Positions 1 to 8,280 of a DNA stretch of 61,837 nucleotides are shown piece after piece. Where the stretch lies: NCBI GenBank assembly GCA_021796275.1, contig JAJYOI010000005.1, forward strand, positions 1 through 61,837, given 5' to 3'. The notes below the pieces were generated by a model. That model saw only the letters and a program-made list of their open reading frames with translations. It did not search any database and was not told the DNA's origin. The DNA is from Bacteroidota bacterium (GTDB lineage Bacteria; Bacteroidota; Ignavibacteria; UBA10030; UBA8401). Numbering within the stretch: position 1 is the stretch's first letter; every line of letters begins with the position of its first letter. The position numbers and the translations under genes were made by a program.

Positions 1-2
1 TC

Positions 3-3000
3 GTGCAAATTCAATCACCGAAAGGAATTGCACGCGGGCTTCAGCGCGTCGGACGTTCAGGACATCTCATCAGCGCGCAAAGCAAAGGACGAATTTATCC
101 GACGCATCGCGAAGATTTATTGGAATCAGCAGTCGTCGCAAAAGAAATGAACGCGCATGCCATCGAACATACGCATGTGCCGATGAATTGCCTCGATGTC
201 GTTGCACAGCAAATCGTTGCTATGGTAAGCGTGGAAGAATGGAATGTTGATGAATTATTCGATCTTCTCCGGCAGTCGTATTGTTATCATACGCTCACAC
301 GAAATTTACTGACAAACGTTATTCAGATGCTTGCGGGCAGATACACGAATGCAGCATTCCGGGAATTGCGTGCGCGCATTTCGTGGGACAAGGTGAGAAA
401 CACGTTATCGGCGCTCCCCAGCTCCTCTCGTCTGGCAATCACTAACAGTGGTACGATTTCCGACCGCGGCTATTTCGGCGTTTATCTCGACGATAAAAAA
501 ACGAAAATCGGCGAAGTGGATGAAGAATTTATTTACGAAAGCCGTGCGGGCGACACATTCATTCTCGGCTCCAATGTCTGGAAAATGCTCGACATTGATA
601 CCAATAAAGTCATCGTTGCGCCGGCGCCGGGCCAGCCGGCTCGAATGCCGTTCTGGCGCGGCGAAGGAATTGGCAGAACATTTGAATTAGGATTGAAGAT
701 CGGAGAGTTTCTTTCAAACGCAGAAAAATCGTTGAAGCAGCAGAGCGATTTTCTTCCACGGCTGAAAGAACACTATCCTGTTGATTCATCTTCGGCATGG
801 AATCTTCACGAGTATTTGCGGGCACAATTGGAATCCTCCGGTGCGATTCCTTCGCACACAAAACTTATCGTCGAAGGATTCCGCGATGAGATCGGCGACC
901 CGCGCATTGTAGTGCATTCCTGTTTTGGGCGCAGTGTTAACGGTTTGCTCGGCCTCGCATTGCTGCATCAACTGAAAAAGCGGATAAACATTTCCGCCGG
1001 GGGTGGATACACCTCTGGCGTAGAAGTACAAATGCTGTACAATGACGACGGCATTCTTCTCCGCTGCTCGGATGCTGAACGCCTCCCACTCGATCTTTTT
1101 TCGGAATTAACTTCGGACACGGCGCAGGAAATTGTACTCGAAGAATTAATGATGTCGCCGCTTTTCGGCGGCTTGTTCAGACAAAACGCAGAACGTGCAA
1201 TGCTTCTGCCGAAATTATTTCCCGGAAAACGAACTCCACTCTTTCTGCAGCGCCTTCGCGCGGGAGATTTATTACAAATTGCCCGGCAGTATGATGATTT
1301 CCCCATCGTGATTGAAACCGTGCGCGAAGCGTTGAACGATGCTCTCGACTTCGAACATTTCAAAGAGATCGTTCAAAAAATAGAAAAAGGAGAAATTCAG
1401 ATCCATGAGGTACAAACTGAAACACCGTCACCTTTTGCTGCCGGAGTGTTGTTTGATTTTGCCGCTGTGTACATGTACGAATGGGACAAGCCGAAAAGCG
1501 GCGCGCAAGAAACACAGCAAGCACTGAACAGGGAGCTTCTCTCCGACATCGTTGATTTCACGACAGTGAAACCGATCCTGAGAAGCGATGCCGTCAGCAA
1601 AGTTATTGATCAACTGCAATATATTGCACCGACACGTGCGGCAAGAACTCCGGAAGAACTTCTCGAAATGTTAATCCGCATCGGGGAATTGTCGCGCGAA
1701 GAAATTGCCGAACGTTCAGCAGGAAAAACGTTAACGCACGCAGTGCAGCTTCTTGCCCAACATTCTGCGTGTTCAATTACGGTAAGCGGGATTGAATACC
1801 TGATCGCATCAGAAGAGATTCCATATTACCGATCGCTCGCGCATATTTCAGCAGAGTCTTTTAAGAATCTTCCTGATGAAATCGCGGCAGCCGAAATTCC
1901 CCGTAACGACGCGCTGCAATTCATCATCCTTCGCATGCTTCGCTCGCATGGACCGCTGACAGCAGAATTTATCGCGCATCGTTATGGCATTGATGAAGAC
2001 GAATGCCGCAAAATTCTTTCCTTGCTATCGGACAAAGAGCCGCTTCAGCACGGAAAATTTTCCGGCGGCGCAGTTCACGACGAGTGGTGTTACCGTCCGA
2101 ATTTAGATCGCATTCATCGCGCTTCCATTTCTTTGCTGCGCAGAGAAATCAAGCCGGCAACAATGGCGGACTTTACGAATTTCCTTCTTCAATGGCAGCA
2201 TCGTAGTTCTTCAGCGCAGGAAATCGGCGGCTCTGCAGCGATCGAAATTATCGAGCAGCTTCAAGCACTTCCGCTTTCCGCTGAATTATGGGAACCGGAA
2301 ATTCTCCGACAGCGCATCAAACGTTACGACGCGGCAGAAATTCGCGCACTTACTTCTCGCGGTGAAGCGCACTGCGTCGGCACAAATTCCGGAAAAATTC
2401 AATGGGTTCTTCGCGGAGAAGGCGCAGCTTTTTTACCTGAAGGAAATGCCGAAACCGTGGAATCACTTTCATCTTCATCGCAAAACGTTCACACTTATTT
2501 GAAAGAAAACGGCGCATCGTTCTTGTCGGATTTGAGAGACGGAATGAACATTTCTCTTGCGGCTCTGAACAAAGCAATTGCCGAGTTATTCTGGAATGGA
2601 TTGATCACGAACGATGTCTTTGATGAAATCATGCATGTTAAACGGTTTAGAACAACCGAGGAAAATACTTTCCCTGATGAACGAATTGTTTTGACAAACC
2701 CGCGGCACAATCCGCTGAAATTCAAAGCGATGAAATCCGTCCGCGCAGCGCTGAAAACCATGCCGGGATGGAACGGACGCTGGTCGCTGACACATTCACG
2801 GAATGCCTTCGGATCGAAACTTTCGCCGGGAGAAAAAATATCGCGCCGTGCAGAGCAGTTGCTTCAGCGGTACGGCATTGTGGCGCGCGAAATTGTTAAG
2901 CGCGAAGAAAATCTTGGGCCATGGCCATTGCTCGCTATGGAATTCCAAAAGATGGAATTGCGCGGAGAAATACGCCGTGGCTATTTTATCGAAGGATTGT

Positions 3001-3449
3001 CGGGAATGCAGTTTGCGCTGCCGGCAGCGGTTGAAACTCTGCGCAATATTCGAAGCGCAGCTTCCGAGCAAACTCCTGTCGTACTCAACGCATGCGACCC
3101 GGCAAATCCGTACGGTTCGGGAATCGAACTCAACGGAGCATCGTCCAATGCTCTGCGCATGATGCGAGTTCCGTCAAATTATCTTGTGGTGCACAAAGGC
3201 ATGCCGATTGTGTGGATTGAAAATTATGGAGCGCGCGTGTCAACCATTGCCGAAACTGATATTCAATTATTGCGGCTTTGTTTGACACAGTTTGTCGAAT
3301 ATCTCCGCTCTGCGCGTTCACACGAACATGCCGCTATCACTATTGAGCATTGGAATGATCTCCGCCCGACGGAAAATCCTGCAGCAGAAATTCTTCGCTC
3401 TATCGGATTCTACCGCGACCGCGTGCAGACAATGAGGTTGGAATTATAG
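3..3449 (+). CDS. lhr: Lhr-family ATP-dependent helicase (long form with C-terminal winged-helix/AlkZ-like region), 5'-truncated by the window edge
   Basis: Helicase motif VI 'LQRVGRSGH', Lhr signatures 'LDVVAQQIVA', 'GEVDEEFIYESRAGDTFILG', 'MPFWRGE', 'ETPSPFA' and C-terminal 'LLQRYGIVARE...GEIRRGYFIEGLSGMQFA...ACDPANPYG'; frame is open to the window start. Confidence 0.9.
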   Translation: MQIQSPKGIARGLQRVGRSGHLISAQSKGRIYPTHREDLLESAVVAKEMNAHAIEHTHVPMNCLDVVAQQIVAMVSVEEWNVDELFDLLRQSYCYHTLTRNLLTNVIQMLAGRYTNAAFRELRARISWDKVRNTLSALPSSSRLAITNSGTISDRGYFGVYLDDKKTKIGEVDEEFIYESRAGDTFILGSNVWKMLDIDTNKVIVAPAPGQPARMPFWRGEGIGRTFELGLKIGEFLSNAEKSLKQQSDFLPRLKEHYPVDSSSAWNLHEYLRAQLESSGAIPSHTKLIVEGFRDEIGDPRIVVHSCFGRSVNGLLGLALLHQLKKRINISAGGGYTSGVEVQMLYNDDGILLRCSDAERLPLDLFSELTSDTAQEIVLEELMMSPLFGGLFRQNAERAMLLPKLFPGKRTPLFLQRLRAGDLLQIARQYDDFPIVIETVREALNDALDFEHFKEIVQKIEKGEIQIHEVQTETPSPFAAGVLFDFAAVYMYEWDKPKSGAQETQQALNRELLSDIVDFTTVKPILRSDAVSKVIDQLQYIAPTRAARTPEELLEMLIRIGELSREEIAERSAGKTLTHAVQLLAQHSACSITVSGIEYLIASEEIPYYRSLAHISAESFKNLPDEIAAAEIPRNDALQFIILRMLRSHGPLTAEFIAHRYGIDEDECRKILSLLSDKEPLQHGKFSGGAVHDEWCYRPNLDRIHRASISLLRREIKPATMADFTNFLLQWQHRSSSAQEIGGSAAIEIIEQLQALPLSAELWEPEILRQRIKRYDAAEIRALTSRGEAHCVGTNSGKIQWVLRGEGAAFLPEGNAETVESLSSSSQNVHTYLKENGASFLSDLRDGMNISLAALNKAIAELFWNGLITNDVFDEIMHVKRFRTTEENTFPDERIVLTNPRHNPLKFKAMKSVRAALKTMPGWNGRWSLTHSRNAFGSKLSPGEKISRRAEQLLQRYGIVAREIVKREENLGPWPLLAMEFQKMELRGEIRRGYFIEGLSGMQFALPAAVETLRNIRSAASEQTPVVLNACDPANPYGSGIELNGASSNALRMMRVPSNYLVVHKGMPIVWIENYGARVSTIAETDIQLLRLCLTQFVEYLRSARSHEHAAITIEHWNDLRPTENPAAEILRSIGFYRDRVQTMRLEL
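993..1022. repeat. 30-bp double-hairpin palindromic element, in frame in lhr (SAGGGYTSGV)
   Basis: tccgcc-ggg-ggtgga + tacacc-tct-ggcgta (two imperfect 6-3-6 palindromes); removing it gives the continuous sequence KKRINI-EVQMLYNDDG. Confidence 0.7.
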
Positions 3450-3450
3450 C

Positions 3451-3930
3451 ATGCTTCCCCATTATATCATTGACGGCTACAATCTTCTTCACGAAATTCT
3501 ACCGCTGAAAAAACTTCTCTCACATGATGCAGTCGCAGCAAGAGAGCAACTTATTGACATGATTGCACGGCTTACGATGAAAAGAAAACTCCGCTGCACG
3601 ATCGTATTCGACGGTGCTAAACCGCATGCTGGAAACTTTCCGGCAAGCAATACGCCGATTCATGTCGTGCATGCTTTCCCTGTTTCTGCCGACGAGAAAA
3701 TTCGGGAGATGATTGAAAAATCGAAAAGCCGCACATCGCTCGTCATTGTTTCTTCCGATCACGAAATTCTGAATTTTGCACGCGTTTGTTCATGCACAAC
3801 GCACACATCAAAATATTTTAAGCAGATGTTATTTGAAGAGCCGGATCACGGCGAAGAAAAGGAACAGGTGAGTCTTTCAAAAGCGCAGGTAAAGGAATGG
3901 CTGAAGATTTTTGGAGAAGAGAAACAGTAA
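3451..3930 (+). CDS. NYN domain (YacP/Rae1-like) PIN-fold ribonuclease
   Basis: 'IIDGYNL', 'IVFDG', 'SADEKI', 'IVSSD' acidic motifs; starts 1 nt after the lhr stop. Confidence 0.85.
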   Translation: MLPHYIIDGYNLLHEILPLKKLLSHDAVAAREQLIDMIARLTMKRKLRCTIVFDGAKPHAGNFPASNTPIHVVHAFPVSADEKIREMIEKSKSRTSLVIVSSDHEILNFARVCSCTTHTSKYFKQMLFEEPDHGEEKEQVSLSKAQVKEWLKIFGEEKQ

Positions 3931-3933
3931 AGG

Positions 3934-5097
3934 CTATGCGCTCGCAACTGTGGGCGATTCTTTTACGCGCGAAGATTCCATCATTGCAATAAACTTCGCA
4001 AAAAGATAATCGCTGTCGTGGGGACCGGGGGAAGCTTCGGGATGATATTGAACGCAGAACAGCGGAAGTGTTTTATGCTGAAAACCTTCAACTGTGTGAT
4101 CGTTAAGATTGATGTGCGTCAACTCCACTTTTTCGGCGTCCATCGTTTTCCACTCGACGGCAAAACCGTGATTCTGCGATGTAATTTCAATCTCATTCGT
4201 CTTCAAATTTTTCACCGGATGGTTGGCTCCGCGATGCCCGAATTTCAATTTGTACGTCTTCCCGCCAAGCGCTAACGCTAACAATTGATGACCAAGGCAA
4301 ATACCAAAAATCGGCTTCACGCCGACTAGTTTTTTTAGATTCTGAATTGCATATTTCACCGCATCCGGATCACCGGGACCATTCGAAAGAAAAATTCCAT
4401 CAGGATTCATTGCAAGAACTTGTTCGGCAGAATATGACGCCGGCACAACAGTAAGGTCACATCCATAGCTGACAAGCCGGCGTAAAATATTTCTCTTCAC
4501 ACCATAATCAAATACCACAACATTGAAACGCCGCCCATTTCGCTTCGCATCAACTTTTTGAGTCGCCAGCGCATACGTCGTACGATCAACATCATTCCAG
4601 CGGTACGGCTTCTCACACGTGACATGTTTTGCTAAATCCTGCCCCGTCATTCCTGGCGACGCCTGCGCTTTTGCAACGAGGCTTGTATCGTCTAAATCCG
4701 TTGTCGAAAGGACTCCGCGCAATGCGCCCTGTGTGCGAATCATTTTCGTCAACATGCGCGTATCAATGCCCTGAAGAGCGATGACATTATTGCGTTTCAA
4801 CCATGCGGCAAGACTTTCGTTCGCACGCCAATTGCTGAAGAAATCAAAATACTCGCGCACGAGAAATCCTGAAACCTGCGGCTTACCGGATTCAATATCT
4901 TCAAGATTAACACCGTAATTGCCAATCATCGGATACGTCATCGTGACAATCTGTCCGGCGTACGACGGGTCGGTGAGAATTTCCTGATAGCCGGTCATGC
5001 TCGTGTTGAACACAACTTCGCCGGCAATTTCTCCTTCGGCGCCGAAATTCTCTCCGGTAAAGACTATTCCATTCTCTAAAGCAAGCTTTGCGATCAT
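3934..5097 (-). CDS. carA: Carbamoyl-phosphate synthase small subunit
   Basis: 'GEVVFNTSMTGYQEILTDPSY', 'LSNGPGDP', 'GICLGHQL', 'QYHPEASPGPHD'. Confidence 0.98.
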   Translation of the reverse strand: MIAKLALENGIVFTGENFGAEGEIAGEVVFNTSMTGYQEILTDPSYAGQIVTMTYPMIGNYGVNLEDIESGKPQVSGFLVREYFDFFSNWRANESLAAWLKRNNVIALQGIDTRMLTKMIRTQGALRGVLSTTDLDDTSLVAKAQASPGMTGQDLAKHVTCEKPYRWNDVDRTTYALATQKVDAKRNGRRFNVVVFDYGVKRNILRRLVSYGCDLTVVPASYSAEQVLAMNPDGIFLSNGPGDPDAVKYAIQNLKKLVGVKPIFGICLGHQLLALALGGKTYKLKFGHRGANHPVKNLKTNEIEITSQNHGFAVEWKTMDAEKVELTHINLNDHTVEGFQHKTLPLFCVQYHPEASPGPHDSDYLFAKFIAMMESSRVKESPTVASA

Positions 5098-5132
5098 TTC
5101 TGTTTCATTTTCAAAATTATTTTTACGGAAGA

Positions 5133-5161
5133 AAAATACGAAAATGGCGATGGAGAGTCAA
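5133..5161 (-). promoter_or_regulatory. sigma70-type promoter of carA
   Basis: Minus strand TTGACT-17 bp-TATTTT; the -35 box lies 10 bp from the left end of the inserted element. Confidence 0.55.
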
Positions 5162-5171
5162 CGAACATTCC

Positions 5172-5210
5172 GGTGCTGGCTCAATTTACTCTTAAGTGGC
5201 TCAATTTCAA
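5172..5210 (+). repeat. Left terminal inverted repeat
   Basis: ggtgctggctcaatttactcttaagtggctcaatttcaa; contains TGGCTCAATTT twice, 20 bp apart; preceded by aacattcc (5164-5171). Confidence 0.8.
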
Positions 5211-5335
5211 TTTTTCTAAGTGAAAAAGAACGATAAAAAGTGAAAACGGGCACGGTTAATGAGGTTGCAATTGAAAATGGGAAATGTGATATTACTGCAC
5301 CCCATACTCGATAAACATTTGAAAGAGGTGCTCGC

Positions 5336-6886
5336 ATGTCGAAAGTTAATCTTGATGCTTTAGTACCACGAGAAGATTTTGATGCAATAGGAAATAATAG
5401 TCCGGGTGTTGTTGGAGATACAATTTCGATTTCCGATTTAACAAGTGGATATGTTTATCCATTTATTAGAAAACCCGATTTTCAACGAGAAACAAGCGAA
5501 TGGGATGCTAAGCAAATTTGTGATTTTTTAGAAAGTTTTCTTAATGGAGATTTAATTCCTGCCATCATATTATGGAGAAGTGCGTCTGGAAATTATTTTG
5601 TTATTGATGGTGCCCATAGACTTGGTGTCTTAGTTGCTTGGATTTTTAATGATTATGGGGATAAAGATATTTCTCAAAAATTTTATGACCATGATATTTC
5701 TTCAGATGAAATGTCTATTGCTGATAAAGCACGGAAAATGGTAAATCATCGAATTGGATCATTCCAAGATATTAAAAACTCCCCAAATGAAACAGCGCCT
5801 AATCCGGCATATTTGCAAAGAGCTAAAAATATGGGAGCCTATAAACTACGCGTTCAATGGGTAGAGGGTAATGCTGAAAAGGCAGAAAGTTCATTTTTTA
5901 AGATTAATCAGCAAGGCGTACCACTTAATAAAACAGAAATTAAACTTTTGGAATCCAGAAAAAAGGCTAATTGCATAGCGGCGAGAGCAATTTGGAAGGC
6001 AGGAAAGGGACATAAATTTTGGGTTGATTTTTCCGCAGAAAATCAAAGTGAAATTCAACGGCTTGCCAGCGAGATTAACAAAATATTATTTACTCCTCCA
6101 TTAAAATCGCCGGTTAAAAATCTACATTTACCAATCGCGGGAAGAATATCTGTGTCACTCCCTCTTATTTTTGATTTCATAAACATTGTTAATAATGTAC
6201 CATCCGATTTTAATAAAAAATTATTAGATGATGATAATGGAAATCAGACCATACAATATTTACGAGAAGTTAGAAAAATTGCATGGCGTATTAATAGCGT
6301 TCATCCTTCCTCGCTTGGATTAGATTCCATAGTTTATTTTTACAATACAAAGGGACAGCACAAGGCAACATCTTTTAGAGCAGTCATTGTTTGGGTTCTG
6401 GAGATGCAAAAAAATAATTCGTTCAAGGAGTTTACTAAAATTCGAGCGAATTTTGAAGAACTTCTCTTGAAGTATAATGATATGATTCAAGATATAGGAA
6501 GAAAGCTAAGACAATCAATTGATAGTTATTATGAAATAAAAGATTTCTATACAGAATGTATAAAATCTCTATCAAGAGGAAATAGTATTGATGCCGCGAT
6601 AAAAGAAGTAATTAGAACTACAAAGTTTAGTTATCTCAAAATGGAAATTCACTCAAGCGATTTCCACAACGAGGTCACAAGTGCAGTTATTAAAAGAGAA
6701 CGTAAATCTTCGGCTTTTATTAGAGAAGCATTAGAAACACGTATAAGATGTAAAATTTGTGGTGCAAGGTTACATGAAAATGCCATGCAGGTTGATCACA
6801 TTATCCGTGAAGAAGATGGGGGCTTGGGGAATGAAGAGAACGCTCAACTTACTCATCCGTTTTGCAATTCTACAATAAAAAATTAA
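5336..6886 (+). CDS. DUF262 (GmrS/ParB-Srx-like) plus C-terminal HNH endonuclease; GmrSD-like putative restriction nuclease
   Basis: DUF262 motifs 'PDFQRE..W', 'IPAIILW', 'VIDGAHRL', 'FFKINQQGVPL'; HNH 'CKICG...VDHII..EDGG.G..ENAQLTHPFCN'. Confidence 0.8.
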   Translation: MSKVNLDALVPREDFDAIGNNSPGVVGDTISISDLTSGYVYPFIRKPDFQRETSEWDAKQICDFLESFLNGDLIPAIILWRSASGNYFVIDGAHRLGVLVAWIFNDYGDKDISQKFYDHDISSDEMSIADKARKMVNHRIGSFQDIKNSPNETAPNPAYLQRAKNMGAYKLRVQWVEGNAEKAESSFFKINQQGVPLNKTEIKLLESRKKANCIAARAIWKAGKGHKFWVDFSAENQSEIQRLASEINKILFTPPLKSPVKNLHLPIAGRISVSLPLIFDFINIVNNVPSDFNKKLLDDDNGNQTIQYLREVRKIAWRINSVHPSSLGLDSIVYFYNTKGQHKATSFRAVIVWVLEMQKNNSFKEFTKIRANFEELLLKYNDMIQDIGRKLRQSIDSYYEIKDFYTECIKSLSRGNSIDAAIKEVIRTTKFSYLKMEIHSSDFHNEVTSAVIKRERKSSAFIREALETRIRCKICGARLHENAMQVDHIIREEDGGLGNEENAQLTHPFCNSTIKN

Positions 6887-7069
6887 AATTTTTCAAAGAG
6901 TCTCAAACATTTAGAAGCCGCGTTAGCATTACACTTTTTTCATTACAACTTTATGCGTATCCATGAAACAATTCGTGTTACCCCCGCAATGGAAGCGGGT
7001 ATTAGCAAACACCTTGTTTCATGGGAAGATTTCTTGGAATGGAGCGTTGAGAGCCGAATAGCGGCATAG
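6887..7069 (+). pseudogene. C-terminal fragment of an IS1-family transposase
   Basis: Translates NFSKSLKHLEAALALHFFHYNFMRIHETIRVTPAMEAGISKHLVSWEDFLEWSVESRIAA*, matching the 'FSK..ENH..A.ALHF..YNF.RIH.TLRVTPAM.AG' tail of IS1-family transposases; no start codon or DDE core. Confidence 0.8.
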
Positions 7070-7130
7070 TTTGTGCCAATATTCAATTTTTTAATTTGCT
7101 ATTCAAATATTATAGTACTAAATTTATAAT

Positions 7131-7754
7131 ATGTTAATGGAAATTAAAAAGGAAATTTCATTTCCACTGGATGTAGAAAAATCGCTTGCGATTGCCCAAA
7201 ACATCTTAAACAGATTAGAGGACAAAGAAGCGAATTTCATGTACTTATTGAAGTTGATATTTTTTGCAGATAGATACCACTTCAGAAAATATTTGCGCCC
7301 TTCGACAAGCGATAAATATTTTGCAATGAAAAGGGGCGCGGTAGCATCATATTTATATGACATTTTTAAGAATGGCACAAACGACGAAAGAATAAAAAAA
7401 ATTGGTGATTACACCGTTCAGCTCACCGGAGAACCGCAGTATCAAGAAAAATTATCGCAATCCGATATAGAGGCCATAGACTTTTCTTTCAATAATTTCG
7501 GGAAATATTCTGACATGGTTTTATCTGACATTTGTCATGCTTATCCCGAATGGAAGAAATTTGAAAAAGAATTAAATTCAAGAGATGGAAGAAAAAGCAT
7601 TCTAATGGATATGAGAGATTTTTTGGAAGATGCCGATCCAGAAGACAATATCTTTAGAAAAAATAAAATGTCCGATCCGTTTGAACCAATCCCAAAAGAA
7701 GAAAAAGAAATATTAGAAACACAATTGGTTGAAATTCACTCGCAAATCGCATGA
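7131..7754 (+). CDS. Panacea domain (DUF4065/SocA/GepA) antitoxin
   Basis: 'LLKLIFFADRYHFRKYLRPSTSDKYFAMKRGAVAS.LYD', 'LSQSDIEAID', 'LSDICHAYPEWKK' follow the DUF4065 pattern; start may be 7137. Confidence 0.8.
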   Translation: MLMEIKKEISFPLDVEKSLAIAQNILNRLEDKEANFMYLLKLIFFADRYHFRKYLRPSTSDKYFAMKRGAVASYLYDIFKNGTNDERIKKIGDYTVQLTGEPQYQEKLSQSDIEAIDFSFNNFGKYSDMVLSDICHAYPEWKKFEKELNSRDGRKSILMDMRDFLEDADPEDNIFRKNKMSDPFEPIPKEEKEILETQLVEIHSQIA

Positions 7755-8179
7755 GTCTTTCTGTTGGCGATGTTTTTTGGCTAAATAATCCCGAGGTTTC
7801 TTCTTCTAAATCCCATCTGCATATAGTCGTTGGCATTACCCAAGATAAAAGGGTTTATTATGTTTATGCTACTACGGGTAAGCGGTTCATGGAATTATTA
7901 TGCAAAAAAGCAGAGGGCAAGAAAGATACAACGAATCTATATACGCTTGTCGTCACCGATTCAACCGAATGCGCGGAACTAAGAGAAGAATCTTATATAA
8001 ACGTTAATCTATCATTTAGTAAGTCTGAATATGTTCTAACCAGACTTCGCACCTATTCACCGTGCGAGAATGTTAAAGCCGATCCAGCATTATTAAGAAA
8101 AATAGATGTTGCCCTTCTTTCCTCTCCCACCAAATCAATAGAGCTTGATACGATTGTAAGAGAGCGATTAAATCTTTAA
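7751..8179 (+). CDS. Hypothetical protein, weakly PemK/MazF-like; putative toxin partner of the Panacea protein
   Basis: ATGA overlap with the upstream gene; 'VGDVFWL...SHLHIVVG...YATT' and 'LREESYIN' echo the PemK beta-strand pattern. Confidence 0.55.
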   Translation: MSLSVGDVFWLNNPEVSSSKSHLHIVVGITQDKRVYYVYATTGKRFMELLCKKAEGKKDTTNLYTLVVTDSTECAELREESYINVNLSFSKSEYVLTRLRTYSPCENVKADPALLRKIDVALLSSPTKSIELDTIVRERLNL

Positions 8180-8198
8180 AAAACTACAAATCCTTAGT

Positions 8199-8237
8199 TT
8201 CAAACTGAGCCACTCGGCATCAAATTGAGCAAGCACC
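8199..8237 (-). repeat. Right terminal inverted repeat
   Basis: Reverse complement ggtgcttgctcaatttgatgccgagtggctcagtttgaa, 30/39 identical to the left IR; followed by aacatccc (8238-8245). Confidence 0.8.
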
Positions 8238-8280
8238 AACATCCCCGCAATGAAAAATCTTCACCATTTCTCTGCTTGAA

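Larger units (their letters stand above)
5172..8237. mobile_element. Non-autonomous IS1-family-like element (3,066 bp) carrying passenger genes
   Basis: 39-bp terminal inverted repeats (30/39 identical) starting GGT, flanking 8-bp direct repeats aacattcc/aacatccc, internal IS1-type transposase C-terminal remnant, visibly AT-rich interior. Confidence 0.8.
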
